A DNA stretch of 63,609 bases, counting the filler, from Acidimicrobiia bacterium (lineage in GTDB: Bacteria; Actinomycetota; Acidimicrobiia; Spongiisociales; SHLN01), in the NCBI GenBank assembly GCA_041619515.1. It is 3 parts of 3 records of this genome, joined end to end, with 100 filler letters (N's around TTAATTAATTAA, not from the genome) between each part and the next. Parts side by side here need not be neighbours in the genome. Positions count along the whole stretch, not along the records: positions 25,291 to 49,314 come from JBFKDW010000044.1; 2 more parts are not named here. The stretch is one strand, 5' to 3'. The position numbers were made by a program, and so were the translations under genes. Every line of letters starts with the position of its first letter. The stretch's first letter is position 1. Of this stretch, positions 29,809-38,934 are shown in pieces. The notes under the pieces are model-generated. The model had not been told where the DNA came from. It saw only the letters and a program-made list of their open reading frames with translations, and did no database searches.

Positions 29809-31218
29809 ATGCGCCCTCTTGAAATCCTCATACTTGCGGTGGCTGTCCTGTGGTTTGCCCTCCCCAGCGTCACCGCCCGCCGCGGCATCCGCCAGGCCGT
29901 CGGCTTGCTCCTGGTCATGGTCGTGCCCTGGCAGCTGGCCATCGAGGGATACCGCTGGCAAATGGTCCCGGCCTATGCCCTGGCCGCCGTCATCGGCCTC
30001 GCGACGTGGTGGGAGTTCATCGGCCCCGACGAGGATGATCAGCCCCGGCGACGACGGGGAGCCGGTCGCGCCCTCGGCGGGCTCATCGCGGTGGGCGCGA
30101 TAGCTCTGCCGATCGTGCTTCCCGTGCCGAGCCTCCCGACTCCCGACGGGGCCTACCAGGTCGGCACGTTCTCCCTCCACCTGGTCGACGAGAGCCGCAC
30201 CGAGAGCCTGGGCGCCCGCCCAGGCCCCCCGCGCGAATTGATGGTCCAAGTGTTCTATCCGGCCGAGCCAGGTGCCGACGCCGAGACCGGCCCCTGGATC
30301 GAGGACCTGCCCGCGGTCGGCGCCGCCCTCGCCGAGTTCATCGATGTGCCTTCGTTCAGCTTCGACCACCTGGCCCTGACCGACACCCATACCTTTCCCA
30401 ACGCTCCGGTTTCCGGCGCCGCCGACACGTTTCCGGTGGTCGTCTATTCCCATGGGTGGCGCGGGTTTCGAACCATCAACTTCAACCAGGCCGAGACACT
30501 GGCGGCCGACGGCTTTGTCGTGGTGACGATCGACCACACCCACATTTCGGCCATGACCGTCTTTCCAGACGGACGAGAAGTGCCCGCCGACCCGGCGGCG
30601 CTCCCGGATGAGGACAAGGTCGGCGAAACAGCCTTCCTGGCGGCAGGCGCCCGGCTCATCGACACGATGGCAGCAGACCTGGACTTCGTCGTCGACGAGC
30701 TCGAAGACGTCAACGAGGGAGTGCTATCGACCCCTCTGGCCGGGCGCCTCGACCTCGAAGACCTCGGCCTGTTCGGTCATTCGCTCGGCGGGGGTGCCGT
30801 CGTGACCTTCTGCGGCACCGACTTCCGGTGCCAGGCCGGCATCGGCTTCGACCCCTGGGTGGAGCCGGTCGACCCGGCGATCATCGCGCAGGGAATGCGA
30901 ATTCCGTTTGCGTTCGTGCGGAGTGAGGAATGGATCGGAAACGACAACGACATCGTGCTCCGCCGGCTCTTCGACAACGGGCGACGGGATCAGTACTGGC
31001 AGTCGATCACGGGAACCCAGCACCGCGACTTCGTGTTTGTTCCGCTTATGAGCCCGATCGGCAGCCTCATCGGGATTCAGGGCTCGATCGACTCGAGCCT
31101 GCTGATCGATATTCTCGACGCCGAGCTCACCGGGTTCTTCAGCCAGTATCTTCGCGGCGAGGATCGCGGCTTCCCCAACTCCATGGAACAACAGTACGGC
31201 GAGGTAGCCGGACCCTGA
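29809..31218 (+). CDS. membrane-anchored PAF-acetylhydrolase-like alpha/beta hydrolase
   Basis: N-terminal TMs, RELMVQVFYP, YSHGW, GHSLGG, DPW, H.DF. Confidence 0.88.
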   Translation: MRPLEILILAVAVLWFALPSVTARRGIRQAVGLLLVMVVPWQLAIEGYRWQMVPAYALAAVIGLATWWEFIGPDEDDQPRRRRGAGRALGGLIAVGAIALPIVLPVPSLPTPDGAYQVGTFSLHLVDESRTESLGARPGPPRELMVQVFYPAEPGADAETGPWIEDLPAVGAALAEFIDVPSFSFDHLALTDTHTFPNAPVSGAADTFPVVVYSHGWRGFRTINFNQAETLAADGFVVVTIDHTHISAMTVFPDGREVPADPAALPDEDKVGETAFLAAGARLIDTMAADLDFVVDELEDVNEGVLSTPLAGRLDLEDLGLFGHSLGGGAVVTFCGTDFRCQAGIGFDPWVEPVDPAIIAQGMRIPFAFVRSEEWIGNDNDIVLRRLFDNGRRDQYWQSITGTQHRDFVFVPLMSPIGSLIGIQGSIDSSLLIDILDAELTGFFSQYLRGEDRGFPNSMEQQYGEVAGP

Positions 31219-31228
31219 GCCGCCGCGG

Positions 31229-33265
31229 CTAGTTCCACCAGCCGGCAACCGCCACCGAGCGGGGGCCCCCAAACACGATGAGCTGCTGGGCACCGCCGCC
31301 GGCTACCGCCGTGATGACCCCGTCGGAGAACGCCGCCACCTCGTCCCGGCCGGTGCCGGTCAGATCGGCCACCACTGGTTGCCCCGCGGCCGGCAGCTCC
31401 CATTGGCTTCCGTCGATCCCATAGACGAGGCCGGTCGCGGGGCGGAAGACGGCTACCGAGGCGGTGCCGTCCCCATCCCAGTCGCCGGCGAGCGGCAGGT
31501 CGCCGGACATCCCAAACTCGAAATCCACGTCGCTGAACCCGAGCGAGTTCGCATTGCGAAGGAAGAATCGCTGCTGCGAGGGACGATAGACACCGATGGT
31601 GTCGACGCCGTCGCCGTCCCAGTCCCCGCAGACGGGCAGGTCGGTGGGGATTCCGTAGTAGAACTCAACGTCGGCGAACCCGAGGGTGTTGGAGTTTCGG
31701 AGGTACACGTACCCCTCGCTGGGACGGTAGAGGCCGACCGTGTCCTCACCGTCGCCGTCCCAATCGCACAGGAGCCCGATATCTCCGGGAACTCCGTAAT
31801 AGATCGTCTCGCGGACTCCCTCTCCCAGCCGAAACGACCATCGACCGGATGTCGGGTCGTGCACGGCCCATTTGTCCCGGGCCGAAAGCGTTCTCAGGAG
31901 GAGCGGGTCGGCCGTCACCCGGTTGCCGCTGGCGTCCACGGCGGTCACGCGGAACTGATACTCCTGGTCGGGTGAAAGCCCGGCAATCACCGTCGAGGTG
32001 GCGGCCGTCACCGCCCGCAGCTGCCCATCAACTGCCACCTCGTAGCTCACGGCCTCGGCATCAACCGCTTCCGGCCACGACAGCGAGACGCTCGACGATT
32101 CGATTCCGGTGGCGACCACCGGGCCCCCGAACACGGGAGCAGTCATGTCCGCCAGGTGAACGATGAACTCGTCGCCCACCCGGTCTTGCACGGTGAGCAC
32201 CCAGCCATTGGGCAGCTCCAGCGATTCGCCGGCGGCCAGCACGTGCGCGTAGGAGTCGGCTTCGGCAGGCCATTGCTGCACCCGGCGCGACAGCCCGAAG
32301 CACGGAAGCGTGCTGCCGCATGCCTCCGGCCGCTGGTCGAGGATATGCACGGTCGCCCCCGCCTGGGCAAGCGCAGCGTCGTAACCGGCTCGGACCCGAG
32401 CGTCGACTGCGGTCAGCCACCCCTGCTGGCCGTTGGGCACGAGCAGCAGTTGGGTGCCGGGCTCGCCGAGCGGGGCCAGGCTGAACGTGCCCGGAGCGCG
32501 GGCGACGGCCACGTCCTCGGGATCGATCCAGCCGGCGATGTAGCGATTGATTGCGGGCGTCGCCATCAGCTGGGTGCGATCCCCGGCCTTGCTCATCACG
32601 TCGGTCGGGTCGTCGTATTCGGACCATGTCCCAACCGTTTGGCCGCTGAAGGTGTGGCCGAAATGAAGCGTGTGGCCGAGTTCGTGCACCACCGTCACCA
32701 GCCGCGGATTGGGGCCGACCACCGCATGGGCGCCCAGCGTGACCGATCGGTAGTTCTCCGGATAGGTCTCAGGAGACGGCGGGCACATGCCCTCGTAGGG
32801 GCACCAGATGCCGCTCTGGGCCGAGCCGCCGTTGGACGCCTGGTCGGTGACGATGATCACGCCGTTCGGCTGGGACACAACCTCGTCAGCCACCGCAGTG
32901 GTACAGCCCGTCCCCTCCGACACGGTCCCGCCGGTACGGAAGATCGGGCGATAGGCGCCGTCGGACAACCACAGGTAGAAGGGAGTGACCTGGGCCGAGA
33001 GGACGGTGGCAACGGCGTCAGGCTGGACCGCGACACTGCCTGCGGCCGTGTCACACACCCACACCTCCCACACATCCTCGCCCTCCGAGTGCAGCCGTAG
33101 CTCGGAGCTGCCGGCGATGACCCCGAGCGGTTCCCACCCGTAGACATCGTTGGCCAGCTGCGCGGACATGTTGGCGGTGGCGGCTCCCCATGGGACGAGG
33201 AACGTCGCCACGAACGCGACGAGAAACAACTCCCGCCAGACCCGCCCCCGGGTCGTGTTAGCCAT
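31229..33265 (-). CDS. secreted zinc metallopeptidase with Fn3 domain and C-terminal GDWDGDG repeats
   Basis: HELGHTLHFGH zincin motif, YDDPTDVM Met-turn, Fn3 (LSW..YEV..GLSPDQEYQFRVTAVD), DWDGDG repeats. Confidence 0.85.
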   Translation of the reverse strand: MANTTRGRVWRELFLVAFVATFLVPWGAATANMSAQLANDVYGWEPLGVIAGSSELRLHSEGEDVWEVWVCDTAAGSVAVQPDAVATVLSAQVTPFYLWLSDGAYRPIFRTGGTVSEGTGCTTAVADEVVSQPNGVIIVTDQASNGGSAQSGIWCPYEGMCPPSPETYPENYRSVTLGAHAVVGPNPRLVTVVHELGHTLHFGHTFSGQTVGTWSEYDDPTDVMSKAGDRTQLMATPAINRYIAGWIDPEDVAVARAPGTFSLAPLGEPGTQLLLVPNGQQGWLTAVDARVRAGYDAALAQAGATVHILDQRPEACGSTLPCFGLSRRVQQWPAEADSYAHVLAAGESLELPNGWVLTVQDRVGDEFIVHLADMTAPVFGGPVVATGIESSSVSLSWPEAVDAEAVSYEVAVDGQLRAVTAATSTVIAGLSPDQEYQFRVTAVDASGNRVTADPLLLRTLSARDKWAVHDPTSGRWSFRLGEGVRETIYYGVPGDIGLLCDWDGDGEDTVGLYRPSEGYVYLRNSNTLGFADVEFYYGIPTDLPVCGDWDGDGVDTIGVYRPSQQRFFLRNANSLGFSDVDFEFGMSGDLPLAGDWDGDGTASVAVFRPATGLVYGIDGSQWELPAAGQPVVADLTGTGRDEVAAFSDGVITAVAGGGAQQLIVFGGPRSVAVAGWWN

Positions 33266-33334
33266 ACGATCACGTTACTCAGAGTGAGTGTGGCTGCTTA
33301 CGTTAAGTGACTAGTTTGGCTGTGCCCCCAGCCG

Positions 33335-33910
33335 TCAAAGCCGGCGAGCCAGCTCGTGCAGCGCCCGGGCGCGGTGGCTGAGCCGATTCTTCTCTTCCTC
33401 GGGTATCTCGGCGAGAGTTCGGAAGCCGCACTCCTCGACTTCGAAGACCGGGTCGTACCCAAAGCCGTAACTTCCCCGCCTGTGCGATCCAATCCGGCCC
33501 TCCAGAACCCCCTCGGCGGTGACTTCGGTACCGTCCGGATAGACGAGCGCCACTACGGTGCGGAAGCGGGCTGCGCGCTCGGGCACGCCCTCGAGCTCGG
33601 CGAGCAGCTTGGCGATGTTGTCGTCGTAGGTGGCACCCTCCCCCGCAAACCGGGCGGTGAACACACCGGGCGCGCCATCGAGGGCGGCTACTTCGAGGCC
33701 GGTGTCGTCGGCGAGCGCGGCGATCCCGGTATGGCGCGCCACCGAGCGTGCCTTGTGGCTGGCATTGGCGGCGAGTGAGTCGTACGGCTCGTCCACGTCG
33801 GGCCAGGTGAGGCCGCGCACGACCTCGAAGGGGTCGGCCAGGCCCGACAGAACCGCCTCCACCTCCCGGATCTTGTCCGGGTTCTTGGAGGCGACGACAA
33901 CGCGCTTCAG
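33335..33910 (-). CDS. rdgB: non-canonical purine NTP pyrophosphatase (HAM1 family)
   Basis: ADDTGLEV.AL.GAPGV, GFGYDPVF, SHR; conserved VVASKNPDK N-terminus lies upstream of the first canonical start, implying a CTG start at 33910. Confidence 0.9.
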   Translation of the reverse strand: MKRVVVASKNPDKIREVEAVLSGLADPFEVVRGLTWPDVDEPYDSLAANASHKARSVARHTGIAALADDTGLEVAALDGAPGVFTARFAGEGATYDDNIAKLLAELEGVPERAARFRTVVALVYPDGTEVTAEGVLEGRIGSHRRGSYGFGYDPVFEVEECGFRTLAEIPEEEKNRLSHRARALHELARRL

Positions 33911-34620
33911 CCGGCCACCGCCTGTCGCTGGAGGTCCACGAGGGTCTCGATGCCGGCGGCGGCGGCATCGACCAGCCCGTTGAGGTCCTCGCGAGTGAAC
34001 GGGGCGTGCTCGGCGGTTCCCTGCACCTCGATGAGCCGCCCCGAGCCCGTCATCACGACGTTGAAATCCACGTCTACCGAGATATCTTCCGGATAGTCGA
34101 GATCGAGGATCACGTCACCGTCCCGGACTCCGACGCTGACCGCAGCACAGTGGTCGAGCATCGGATCGGACTCGACCAGCCCTTCATCGCGGCAGGCCGC
34201 CAGCGCATCGTGGAGGGCAATCCAGGCCCCGGTGATACTGGCAGTCCTGGTTCCGCCGTCGGCCTGCAGCACATCGCAGTCGACGCGCACCGAAACCTCG
34301 CCCATCTTCTCGAGATCAACCACTGCCCGCAGCGACCTGCCGATGAGGCGCTGGATCTCCTTGGTACGTCCACCGTTGATGGAGCTGCGCGAGATCCGCT
34401 CGCGTGACGAGCCGGGAAGCATGTTGTACTCGGCCGTCACCCACCCCTTCCCCGTGTCTTGGAGCCAGCGTGGAACGGTGCGGTCGATGGCGGCCGTGCA
34501 GAGCACCCTGGTCTTCCCCATCTCGATGAGGACGGAACCGGGCGTCATCTCCGTGTAGCTCCGAGTGATGCGGACCGGCCGAAGCTCGTCGCTGCGGCGG
34601 CCGTCTCCCCGCGCGCTCAT
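33907..34620 (-). CDS. rph: ribonuclease PH
   Basis: GWVTAEYNMLP, EIQRLIGRSLR, DVLQADGGTRTASITGA. Confidence 0.96.
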   Translation of the reverse strand: MSARGDGRRSDELRPVRITRSYTEMTPGSVLIEMGKTRVLCTAAIDRTVPRWLQDTGKGWVTAEYNMLPGSSRERISRSSINGGRTKEIQRLIGRSLRAVVDLEKMGEVSVRVDCDVLQADGGTRTASITGAWIALHDALAACRDEGLVESDPMLDHCAAVSVGVRDGDVILDLDYPEDISVDVDFNVVMTGSGRLIEVQGTAEHAPFTREDLNGLVDAAAAGIETLVDLQRQAVAG

Positions 34621-35360
34621 ATCAGGACCTCCAAACTGGGCGCGGCCACCATCACATCGCCGTCGAACACAGCCGTCGCCTCGGCTAACGATTGTTGCGG
34701 GTCAAGGGTAGGCGTCAGGTGGGTGAGGATGAGACGCTCGACACCCGCCCGACGAGCGATGTCTCCAGCCTCGGTAGCCGTCAGATGGTGGGGCACCGGC
34801 TTGCTCGATCCCTGGAAGGTCGCCTCGCACAGCAGTGTGTTGGCCCCTCCGGCCAATGTCACGAGGTCCGATGCGACACCGGTGTCGGCCGAATACGCGA
34901 TCGACCTGCCCGCCGCCTCCGCTCGCAGCTGCAATGTCGGAACCGTGTGGTCGGCGAGGCTGAATCGGAAGGACATCGATCCGAGCACCAGATCCGTCCC
35001 GGCCCCGGGAACGTGGGGAGCAAAGACCTCGCCCAGGCCGGGTCCACCGCCTGAGCCCACGAAGGAGGCCATGCGGTCGAATGCACCCTCGGGCACGACC
35101 AGCGGCACTCTGCCGGGCGCTCCCGCACCGAATCGCAGGTAGTGGTAGAGGCCGAAGATGTCCGCGCAATGATCGGCATGGACATGGCTGATGATCACGG
35201 CGTCGAGCTCTGCAGGATCCATCAGCCGCTGGACTGCGTCCAACGTCCCCGAGCCGGCATCAACCCACACTCTCGAGCCGTCGTGCGAGAGCAGGAACCC
35301 GGCGCTGGGGCGGCCGGCTGTCGGATAGGTTCCGTTGGCACCGAGAATCCATAGCTCCAC
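34617..35360 (-). CDS. MBL-fold metallo-hydrolase (RNase Z/cyclic phosphodiesterase-like)
   Basis: SHVHADH, YSADTG, LCEAT, HLT, LTH; usual position upstream of rph. Confidence 0.9.
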   Translation of the reverse strand: MELWILGANGTYPTAGRPSAGFLLSHDGSRVWVDAGSGTLDAVQRLMDPAELDAVIISHVHADHCADIFGLYHYLRFGAGAPGRVPLVVPEGAFDRMASFVGSGGGPGLGEVFAPHVPGAGTDLVLGSMSFRFSLADHTVPTLQLRAEAAGRSIAYSADTGVASDLVTLAGGANTLLCEATFQGSSKPVPHHLTATEAGDIARRAGVERLILTHLTPTLDPQQSLAEATAVFDGDVMVAAPSLEVLI

Positions 35361-35369
35361 GGCGCGAGA

Positions 35370-35768
35370 CTACCCCCGGTCGATCACCAGCTCTTCCTCG
35401 AAGACCTCACCGGCTTCTATTCGAAACGCCCGGATGAGGGGAGATTCCGCCATCGGGCCCACGACGAGCCATACCCAGTCCGGCTCAGCGGCGCCTGCAA
35501 CATCGGTGGGGGACGGATAGGCCGGACCATCGACATGGCTGTGGAAAGCACCGATGAGCTCCCAGCCGCTGCGCTCGGCATCGGTGAGGGCAGCGAAGTG
35601 ACCGGTGGGATCAATGGTGTAGGACACGGGCGAGGCGTCGGCGTTCGCAATGCAGTAGACCCTCCGGACCTCCCCCCGCTCGCCCCCCAGCAGCCCGCAC
35701 GCCTCGTTTGGGAGCGCCGCTCGACTGTGCGACAGGATCTCGGCGGCCATCAGGGCCGGGAGCCTCAT
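35370..35768 (-). CDS. JAMM/MPN+ metalloprotease (Mec-like, M67)
   Basis: PNEACGLL, FHSH...PSPTD; ATGA overlap with the upstream gene. Confidence 0.9.
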   Translation of the reverse strand: MRLPALMAAEILSHSRAALPNEACGLLGGERGEVRRVYCIANADASPVSYTIDPTGHFAALTDAERSGWELIGAFHSHVDGPAYPSPTDVAGAAEPDWVWLVVGPMAESPLIRAFRIEAGEVFEEELVIDRG

Positions 35769-36166
35769 CCCCCCGCCCGGCTTGCTCCGTTGCGCTCTAG
35801 TGCCCGCTGCAGCTGGTCCTTCTTCACGAGGCCGCTCGACCGCCACCGTTCGCCTGGTACACCGCCCTCGCGTTTGGACTTCTTGGCCTTCTTCTTGGCG
35901 GAGGCGCCGTAGACGATGAAGGTAGGCGTGGCCATCACCCGGAAGCGCTGGGCGGCGGCGGGGACGTTGCGCACGTTGACTTTGACGACGTGGGCCGAAC
36001 CCTGATACTCGCCGGCCAGCTCATTCACCACGCCGTCCATGGTCCGGCACGACTGGCAGCCGGTCTGCCAGAAATCGAGAAAGACGGGCTGGCCGGTAGC
36101 GGCCAGCTCGTCGATCTGGTCGACATGCTCCAGGTTGATGGGTTTGATTCGCCGTTTGAAGATCAT
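35765..36166 (-). CDS. thioredoxin family protein
   Basis: LDFWQTGCQSC CxxC motif, ATPTF cis-Pro loop. Confidence 0.85.
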   Translation of the reverse strand: MIFKRRIKPINLEHVDQIDELAATGQPVFLDFWQTGCQSCRTMDGVVNELAGEYQGSAHVVKVNVRNVPAAAQRFRVMATPTFIVYGASAKKKAKKSKREGGVPGERWRSSGLVKKDQLQRALERNGASRAGG

Positions 36167-36195
36167 GACTTGCTACAACGCTCGGGAGATTGAAT

Positions 36196-37401
36196 TCATT
36201 TCTCGTCTACATCGGCCGTCTGCGGGCTCACACTGTGAGACTTCTGCCGGCGGTGAACGGCACCGAGGTATTTCCCAATGCCGTGCACCACGTGGCGGCT
36301 GCGCAGCGAATGCAGCACGTCGAAACCGTGCGTGGCCCCGGGCAGCTCGGCGAAATGCACCTCTGCCGATTCTGCGCGCAACGCTCCCACGAATTGGCGC
36401 GACTCCTCGGGCGGAACCAGAGAATCGTGCGATCCATGCAGCACGAAGAAGGGAGGCGCGCCGGGGCCGACCCGGGAAATCGGTGACGCCTTCTCCCATG
36501 CCTCCGGGTCGGCCTGTGGTGACACCTTCATCACGATGCGCTCGATGAAAGGCCATGGATAGCGGATGCGATTGCGGTCCAGCAGATCATGAATCCCGTA
36601 GAGGGGGATGCATGCCTGAACCGATGTATCTGACGCGGGAAACTCAGCCTGATAGGCGGGATCGTTGGCGGTGAGGGCGGCGAGCGCTGCCAGGTGGCCG
36701 CCGGCCGAGCCGCCCGTGACGGCGATGAACGAGGCGTCGCCACCCCATTGCGCGATGTTGTCCCGCACCCAGGCAATGGCACGCTTGACGTCGATGAGGT
36801 GGTCGGGAAAGGTGGCGGCGGGACTCAGGCGGTAGCCGATGCTGACGCACACCCAGCCGTTCTTTGCCATGGAGTAGACGAGTGGGCGTGCCTCCCGCTC
36901 CTTGTTTCCGCGCCGCCATCCCCCTCCGTGGATTTGCAGCAACACCGGATGCAGCTCGGACCGTCCCTCGGGAAGGTGGAGGTCGAGGAGGTGGGCCGGA
37001 TGGGGCCCATACCGGATATCGGTTCGTGCCTCCACACCGGCGGGAACGCTCGCCCGGGCCCGCACGAAATCGCCCAGCGTGGGCGCCGGACCGGGCCGGA
37101 CCCCGTTCCCCAGCCCGTTGAGGGCGGCTCGCATGGCAGGCTTGGCTTGGGCAGCCCAGTAGACCATGACTGCCAGCCCCGCCCACGAAGCGAGCGTCAC
37201 TCCCAGCGCCAGGCGCCCGAGGGTGGTGTCGAGCACGCCACCCCAGACGAACAACGCCGTCAGGGCGGCCTGCCAGGCAACATGATGGATGGCCAGCTCC
37301 CCGGTCACGAGCGCCGGCAGCCACAGCGACCGCCGACGGAGGCCGTTGATCGTGAAGAGGGCGCCGATGAGACTCCCCAGAAAGAACAGAACGCTCAACA
37401 C
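36196..37401 (-). CDS. membrane-anchored alpha/beta hydrolase (HSL-like esterase)
   Basis: HGGGW, GGSAGG, HGSHD, HGFD. Confidence 0.9.
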   Translation of the reverse strand: MLSVLFFLGSLIGALFTINGLRRRSLWLPALVTGELAIHHVAWQAALTALFVWGGVLDTTLGRLALGVTLASWAGLAVMVYWAAQAKPAMRAALNGLGNGVRPGPAPTLGDFVRARASVPAGVEARTDIRYGPHPAHLLDLHLPEGRSELHPVLLQIHGGGWRRGNKEREARPLVYSMAKNGWVCVSIGYRLSPAATFPDHLIDVKRAIAWVRDNIAQWGGDASFIAVTGGSAGGHLAALAALTANDPAYQAEFPASDTSVQACIPLYGIHDLLDRNRIRYPWPFIERIVMKVSPQADPEAWEKASPISRVGPGAPPFFVLHGSHDSLVPPEESRQFVGALRAESAEVHFAELPGATHGFDVLHSLRSRHVVHGIGKYLGAVHRRQKSHSVSPQTADVDEK

Positions 37402-37478
37402 GGACGACAGTATTGCGCGCCCGATGCCCCTAGCGAACCGCCGTTCCGGCCGCGCAGCCCACCCGACCCAGCCGGTCG

Positions 37479-37514
37479 CGCCCGAGGCCCCTCGGAGAAG
37501 AGGGGCCTCGGGCG
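37479..37514 (-). terminator. terminator-like hairpin
   Basis: 15-bp perfect stem CGCCCGAGGCCCCTC/GAGGGGCCTCGGGCG just downstream of the RTX gene. Confidence 0.65.
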
Positions 37515-37538
37515 TATCGCATCAACGAGCGCGGCGGA

Positions 37539-38348
37539 TTACTCCTCGAAGATGACGGTGGACGGGTCGGGATGCTCCTCGATCGACGTCTGGTACTCGC
37601 AGAACGTCTCGGCGTCCTTGCCGTTACCCCCGTCACAACTGTCGGTATTGCTGTTTGGGTCCTGGTAGGCGCCGGGCGGGGCCGGAGATTGGTCGGCCGG
37701 GAACGGAAGATCACCGTTCAGGAAGTCCTTCCCGTTTCCTCCAAACAGCGAGTCGTCGCCGAAGTTGCCGAAGAGCAGGTCGTCGCCGTTGTCGCCGTAC
37801 ACGGTGTCGTTGCCCGGGCCTCCCACGGCGATATCGCTGCCGTTGTCACCGTGGAGAACGTCCTTGCCCTGCTGGCCGGCGAGGAAGTCGTCACCGTTGC
37901 CTCCCCAAATGTGGTCGTCGCCTTCCCAGCCACCCAGGAACTGATCGTTGCCGTTTCCACCCCAGATGCGGTCGTTGCCCACGCCACCGTCGACGATGTC
38001 GGCACCGTTGTCACCGTGGAGCAAGTCGTCGCCGGCACAACCAACGACGAAGTCATCCCCGTTGCCGGCACGGATGGTGTCGTGACCATCGAGGCCGACG
38101 ATGAGATCGTCGCCGGACGTGCCGTTGAGTGTGTCGTTGCCGCTGGTTCCGACGATGAGGTTCAGCACCCAACCCTCTTCGGCAAGGAGGAAGGCGTTGA
38201 AGCCCACCGGGTCTTCACACACATCAGGGGGCCCGTCCTGGGCGCCGGCGGTTCCGGCCCCCGCCACCGAGACTGCGGCAACCAGGGTGAACGCTACGCC
38301 AAGCCGAAGAGCTCGTTTCAAGCTCCACCATCCAAATGCATGTTGCAT
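37539..38348 (-). CDS. secreted RTX/hemolysin-type calcium-binding repeat protein
   Basis: many GGxGxDxLx nonapeptides after a signal peptide; start uncertain. Confidence 0.85.
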   Translation of the reverse strand: MQHAFGWWSLKRALRLGVAFTLVAAVSVAGAGTAGAQDGPPDVCEDPVGFNAFLLAEEGWVLNLIVGTSGNDTLNGTSGDDLIVGLDGHDTIRAGNGDDFVVGCAGDDLLHGDNGADIVDGGVGNDRIWGGNGNDQFLGGWEGDDHIWGGNGDDFLAGQQGKDVLHGDNGSDIAVGGPGNDTVYGDNGDDLLFGNFGDDSLFGGNGKDFLNGDLPFPADQSPAPPGAYQDPNSNTDSCDGGNGKDAETFCEYQTSIEEHPDPSTVIFEE

Positions 38349-38518
38349 TCGGTGCACCTTTCTAAACGAAACCGCGCTGTGCGGTTCTGAACATGGCAAA
38401 ACTACAAGCCAGAGTGGTTGCCGGTCCCGGTCGGCGGTTGGCAGGATCCCGCCATCGATTCGGCCCTCGCCGAGTCCCGCACGGCCCGCCTAGTCTCGCC
38501 GGGGAGGACAGGAGGAGC

Positions 38519-38908
38519 ATGGACCACATCGCAGCCGAACACATCCAATGGGCAGACGCCGGCGACGAGCACTTCACAGGACGGGTGCGGTTCGGGCCGC
38601 TGTCCAAGGCACCCGATCCCGGGTTGAATGCCCTCGGCGTTCTCTTCGAGCCGGGGGCGCGCACCGATTGGCACACGCATCCCGAGGGACAGGTGCTCTA
38701 CATCGCCTCCGGCGCCGGGAAGGTCCAGACCGATGACGGCGAGACCGTCCGGGTGTCGGCCGGCGATGTCGTGTATTCCCCTGCAGGGGAAACGCACTGG
38801 CATGGCGCCACCGAGAACAGCTACTTGATGCACCTCTCGCTCACCACCGGCGGGCCGACGGAGTGGCTGCCGAGGAAGGTCAGCGACGAGGAATACCGCA
38901 GAGACTGA
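38519..38908 (+). CDS. cupin domain protein
   Basis: FEPGARTDWHTHPEGQ...GETHWHGA; AGGAGGAG RBS. Confidence 0.9.
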   Translation: MDHIAAEHIQWADAGDEHFTGRVRFGPLSKAPDPGLNALGVLFEPGARTDWHTHPEGQVLYIASGAGKVQTDDGETVRVSAGDVVYSPAGETHWHGATENSYLMHLSLTTGGPTEWLPRKVSDEEYRRD

Positions 38909-38934
38909 GGCCGCCGACTGGTGAGGCACTCCGC

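Noticed and set aside
37539..38348. RTX toxin / type I secretion system
   Set aside because: It has only Ca-binding repeats with an N-terminal signal peptide; there is no toxin domain and no T1SS genes nearby.
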